Part shown: positions 60,256-64,000 of the stretch, piece by piece
How positions within the stretch are numbered: the first letter of the stretch is position 1
How the letters are laid out: each line of letters opens with the position of its first letter
Virus record (IMG/VR): IMGVR_UViG_3300013383_000023
Coordinates: 35,845-99,844 of that record
Strand: one strand, 5' to 3'
DNA length: 64,000 bases
Source of the DNA: a virus
Lineage: Duplodnaviria > Caudoviricetes
The notes under the pieces: model-generated
The model's input: the letters and a program-made list of their open reading frames with translations, nothing else
Databases searched by the model: none
Told to the model about the DNA's origin: nothing
Program-made: the position numbers and the translations under genes

Positions 60256-60509
60256 TTTTTAGTTCTTATTTTTGTTTTAGCAATGATGAAATGTCCATCC
60301 CAATCATTATATAACTTACGCAATGCTCCTACGCGCAATGCTGCGTTTGTCTCTGATAGACCATGAAATAGCTGCATTGTACAACCATCATGTTTGATGA
60401 AAATAGCCGCATTTTCTTTTAAGGCTACGTCAGGTTTACCTTTAGAAGATTTTCTAAACTTTGGGTAGTTTAAACATGTTGCTTTTTCATCTTTTGGATT
60501 TTTTGCCAT
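60252..60509 (-). CDS. Hypothetical protein
   Basis: 85 aa; ATGA overlap with the next gene. Confidence 0.6.
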   Translation of the reverse strand: MAKNPKDEKATCLNYPKFRKSSKGKPDVALKENAAIFIKHDGCTMQLFHGLSETNAALRVGALRKLYNDWDGHFIIAKTKIRTKK

Positions 60510-60697
60510 TCCTTTTTAGCTTCTTTGTTGTTTTTAAATTGAATAGTTCTCTTTTGGCCATCTGGAAATTCTATAGATATTTGCCATTCATAAGCGTATC
60601 TACCAAATAATCCATAAATGGTATTATGAATTCTAATTATGTCTTTTAATAATGGATCACAATTTTCTCGTTTGATTACATGTTTTTTCGAATTCAT
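60470..60697 (-). CDS. Hypothetical protein
   Basis: 75 aa in an overlapping operon. Confidence 0.55.
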   Translation of the reverse strand: MNSKKHVIKRENCDPLLKDIIRIHNTIYGLFGRYAYEWQISIEFPDGQKRTIQFKNNKEAKKEWQKIQKMKKQHV

Positions 60698-60920
60698 TTA
60701 TTTTAATTTTTATTAGCACTTCGTCAATATCGTCACACCAGAACTCTTTTATATGCTCTGCAATATACAACATTTGCTCTTCTTTAGACATATCGGGATT
60801 ATTGTTAATGAAATTCTGTATCTTAGCTTTGACAATTTGTTGTTTGCAAAATGTGTATAAAAGAGTTCTTTTTTGTTGTAATGTTAGTGACGTTTCTGTT
60901 GATTTTTTAGTTCTTGCCAT
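60657..60920 (-). CDS. Hypothetical protein
   Basis: 87 aa. Confidence 0.6.
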   Translation of the reverse strand: MARTKKSTETSLTLQQKRTLLYTFCKQQIVKAKIQNFINNNPDMSKEEQMLYIAEHIKEFWCDDIDEVLIKIKINEFEKTCNQTRKL

Positions 60921-61080
60921 TTGTTTTGTATTGTTTTACTTTAAGTAATACTAACATGTTTTTGTATGATATGGCATATTCTATCAATCCAGTTTCATCT
61001 TGAAACACTCCTAATAGTATTGATATTAACAATTGTTGGTTCATTGTCAACATCAAATAATTCAACAAATTTAGCCATAA

Positions 61081-61302
61081 TTACTTATTTTTAAGAAAGT
61101 CAACAACATCACGTACTTCGGAAGCTTGATGGACTTGACCATCAGTCGTTACATAACCAATTACTGGATACATCACTCCGCCAATATTAAGCACGATATT
61201 ATCGTCCTCATTATCACGGAATACACAACTAATTGAAGATGGATTTACATGTAAATCACCTGTTTCTTCATACTTTGGAATGAATTTAACTAATTTAACC
61301 AT
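61081..61302 (-). CDS. Small beta-rich hypothetical protein
   Basis: 73 aa with the leader motif. Confidence 0.65.
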   Translation of the reverse strand: MVKLVKFIPKYEETGDLHVNPSSISCVFRDNEDDNIVLNIGGVMYPVIGYVTTDGQVHQASEVRDVVDFLKNK

Positions 61303-61314
61303 TTTGATAATGTT

Positions 61315-61590
61315 TTAATAATTACTACGTTCAAGAGAATCTATTTTTTCTAATAGTTTTGTATATTTTGCAATGTCAAGTGTTGAATCAGTATTATTGG
61401 GGAAAAATATACCATCAACATATCTAATTAATGAGTCTTGTACAAATATTGTCTCATCAAGATTCTCAACATTACTTCTTAATCTCTTATTTGCATTTTT
61501 AAGATTAATGTTTTCTACAATTAAACTGGCTAACGATATTATCAATATTAATAATGATATTACAAGCCATTTCATCTTAGAATAATTCAT
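61315..61590 (-). CDS. Membrane-anchored coiled-coil protein
   Basis: N-terminal TM helix; leader motif. Confidence 0.65.
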   Translation of the reverse strand: MNYSKMKWLVISLLILIISLASLIVENINLKNANKRLRSNVENLDETIFVQDSLIRYVDGIFFPNNTDSTLDIAKYTKLLEKIDSLERSNY

Positions 61591-61621
61591 TTTGATAATG
61601 TTTTAATTTTAACGAACTTAT

Positions 61622-61652
61622 AAACGAAGTACCAAGAAGGCGGTTTTTAAAA
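61622..61652 (-). promoter_or_regulatory. Repeated promoter-like motif, copy 1
   Basis: TTTTAAAAACCGCCTTCTTGGTACTTCGTTT; near-identical copy at 63103-63132. Both lie downstream of a hairpin and upstream of genes. Confidence 0.5.
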
Positions 61653-61692
61653 AGCTCGGCGTAGCACTTGTTGTGTGCTGACGCCTTGCTCT

Positions 61693-62472
61693 TTAGTATG
61701 GAAGTTGGTCGTTTGACATTGGATTAGCCTGCTGTTGTGGCTGTGGATTCTGCTGTTGCATTTGTGACTGATTAGCAAACGGTGGTTGCATTTGCTGTTG
61801 TGGTTGTGCTGTGCGATTAGCGTCTTGAGTTGGTGTAGGAGGATTGAATGCTGCATTGAGGATGTCATCCTGACTTGCGTGTCCTTCTACGGCTTTCTCA
61901 AAGAATCTGTCTTCCATTCGTTGACCTTGCTCCCATGGAGAATATCCGTCATAATAGTTTGTTGTGAACCCTCCTTGTTCGTTTGGAACCATATTCTTTA
62001 TCCAAACAAAGATGGTTACTGAATCTCTCGTGATTGTTTTTCCATGTCTGTCTTTGACTGGATTGCCATTCACGTCATTCATGTAACATAAGCCTTTTCT
62101 TAACTTGTAGTTTGTTACCATTCCTCCTTTGAATTCGAGCATGCTATAGAGTACATCTCTTTTCTTAATGAGGTCTGGTTCTGCGTCAAGGTCTGTTACC
62201 AGCTTGTTCATGTTAACCATTTGACGTTTTTCTCCGTTTACGATTTTCTCTTCGCAGTAGTTCTTCAATCTTTCGATTACTTCTGGTTTCTCGTCGTTAA
62301 ATACGATAATATTACGACCTTTTGTTCCCATTGCTGACTCATCGTTGATTGTGAATACTGCGAACTCGCTTAATTGTCCTTGGCGATTTGGTTTCTTGCT
62401 TTGTCCTAACGATATTGCTGTTGTGATGTAGTTAGAAATTTCTTCGCCTTTGATTACATTAAAATTCTGCAT
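61693..62472 (-). CDS. SSB-like/hypothetical protein with Gln/Pro-rich tail
   Basis: 259 aa with a flexible Q/P tail ending 'NDQLPY'. Confidence 0.7.
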   Translation of the reverse strand: MQNFNVIKGEEISNYITTAISLGQSKKPNRQGQLSEFAVFTINDESAMGTKGRNIIVFNDEKPEVIERLKNYCEEKIVNGEKRQMVNMNKLVTDLDAEPDLIKKRDVLYSMLEFKGGMVTNYKLRKGLCYMNDVNGNPVKDRHGKTITRDSVTIFVWIKNMVPNEQGGFTTNYYDGYSPWEQGQRMEDRFFEKAVEGHASQDDILNAAFNPPTPTQDANRTAQPQQQMQPPFANQSQMQQQNPQPQQQANPMSNDQLPY

Positions 62473-62865
62473 AGTTGTATGATTTAATTGTTTATAATTT
62501 GCTTCTTACTTTCCTTCAAGATGCTAAAGGGCTATTTATTAACATGTAGCTCATGTCGTTGTATTGATTGACAACGGGCAATTGTAGTGGGAAAAGAGAG
62601 TTTCATATATCCTTTTATTCTCTCGTTCTTCCTCATGCTTCCTGGTTCTTATCCAGCACCTCAATCCCAAGGAAGAATGGGGAAAGAGGCGATTAAGGGA
62701 AGGAGATAAGAAAGGGAAGGGAGGAAAAGGAAGGAAATGATGGGGTTAAACGGAGGAGATAAGAAAGAGGAAGAACCTATTAAGCTTGAACCTATTGAGA
62801 ATTACCAGTACTGAAAGAATTAAAACCATTGGGCTGAATGTTCAAGTATTCAAACCCAGCGATTC

Positions 62866-63081
62866 TTACAATGGCAGATTCCAACTTTTTAATTCTTCTC
62901 CGTCTTTTATTATACCGATGTGAAGATAGTCGGCTAAGTTACATGTCATGCTCAGTTGCTCATGGACAATCTTCATGATTTCCTTCCAATCATTACACCA
63001 ATACAGTTTGCCGACTCCAAGATTACTACTTAAATGGTTAATAATATCAATTGAACAAAGAGGATAAGAAAGGGATGGCAA
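62866..63081 (-). CDS. Hypothetical protein
   Basis: 71-aa ORF; start uncertain. Confidence 0.4.
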   Translation of the reverse strand: MPSLSYPLCSIDIINHLSSNLGVGKLYWCNDWKEIMKIVHEQLSMTCNLADYLHIGIIKDGEELKSWNLPL

Positions 63082-63102
63082 CGCTATTCAGACCAACCCT
63101 AT

Positions 63103-63132
63103 AAACGAGTACCAAGAACGAGGTTTTCAAAA
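63103..63132 (-). promoter_or_regulatory. Repeated promoter-like motif, copy 2
   Basis: TTTTGAAAACCTCGTTCTTGGTACTCGTTT. Confidence 0.5.
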
Positions 63133-63190
63133 CTTTCTTGTCCTGTGCTTAAGCATTTGTTGTTTAGAAGGCTTTATGTAGCATTTGTTG

Positions 63191-63218
63191 AAAAGAAAAC
63201 GCAGCCCCGAAGGGCTGC
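63191..63218 (-). terminator. Rho-independent terminator
   Basis: GCAGCCC-TTCG-GGGCTGC followed by GTTTTCTTTT on the - strand. Confidence 0.75.
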
Positions 63219-63225
63219 TACTCTC

Positions 63226-63411
63226 TTATTTGGCATCGTTGTCGCTTATGTAACGCACGTTGCTGAAGAAGTTGACGGTCAAGCGCAGAGGATAATGCTT
63301 GAGGAATTTAGCGACGTCTACTAAACGCTCTTCTTCTGTTGCGTACTCTGGTGACGTTCTGAATTTACCGTTAATCTTGACAGTGAATTGGTAAGTTGTA
63401 ATCTGTTTCAT
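63226..63411 (-). CDS. Hypothetical protein (likely start MKQITT)
   Basis: Internal ATG at 63411 with an AT-rich leader. Confidence 0.55.
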   Translation of the reverse strand: MKQITTYQFTVKINGKFRTSPEYATEEERLVDVAKFLKHYPLRLTVNFFSNVRYISDNDAK

Positions 63412-63572
63412 AGTTGTAATTATATTTGTTAATAATGTGAATTGTCGTTTTAGCGAAAAGGATAAGTAAGACAACATCGCTTCTAAGGCCATTTAATTGC
63501 GTTCTAAGCGCATCAAATACACAGCCTGGTAAGTTGTACCAGAACTGTGTAGATAATGCATTAGAGACGAAA

Positions 63573-63833
63573 TTAGAGTAAGGCAGGACTCAGTTCGATG
63601 TAAAGACCATTCATGTCCATGCCATTGTAGAACATGCACGCATTAACGTAGCCATTAATACGACCATAAATGTACTTCTTGAGAACCTCAATAGCCTTAG
63701 AAACTGGCACATCGTACAGCTCTTTATTAAGCCAGTAGCTGCTGAAGGCTTTGAGCCCTTCATTAGATGACAGAACTTTGTTAGCGATCTCTTCTGGTGT
63801 CATTTCCATGACTTGATTGTAAGAAAAATACAT
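63573..63833 (-). CDS. Hypothetical protein
   Basis: 86-aa ORF with an AT-rich leader. Confidence 0.65.
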   Translation of the reverse strand: MYFSYNQVMEMTPEEIANKVLSSNEGLKAFSSYWLNKELYDVPVSKAIEVLKKYIYGRINGYVNACMFYNGMDMNGLYIELSPALL

Positions 63834-64000
63834 AGTGTTATAATTTAATGATTGATAATGTTAATTAACTCGATACAGTGTAGTAGATTAGTAAGATAGA
63901 ACGACATAATGATGTTAATAATCCAAATCATTTCATCCACATGAACAGTCTAACTCCAACACCAAACTTCGTTTGACCTGATTTCGATGGCCAGGGGGTG

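Overview
This is a 64-kb segment of a crAss-like (Crassvirales) Bacteroidota phage genome with two convergent halves. The + strand half (1-36146) is the late/virion module. Its short ORF-track fragments join into about 14 long genes if TAG is read as Gln (code 15). These are a capsid-associated protein, a lysis cassette (DUF5675 peptidase, holin, spanin-like), ring, IHF-like and muzzle tail proteins, and cargo proteins. One cargo gene encodes a ~5,180-aa zincin plus virion RNA polymerase whose catalytic D-F-D-I-D motif is split by a 261-nt group I intron. The - strand half (36234-64000) is the early/replication module in the standard code, with TAG still used as a stop. It encodes PD-(D/E)XK nucleases, AAA ATPases, a primase, SSB-like proteins, a DnaB-like helicase, a family B polymerase, an ECF sigma factor and many small hypothetical proteins. 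This early half is unusually rich in non-coding RNA: a circularly permuted two-piece tmRNA, a ~1.9-kb ORF-free hairpin-dense region (candidate giant ncRNA), six D-arm-less tRNA-like elements, a twister ribozyme, an AGAGCC-repeat RNA, tRNA-Leu(UAA) and an atypical tRNA-Lys-like gene. All calls were made by eye with no database searches. The long recoded frames were checked by frame arithmetic and spot reading, not codon by codon.
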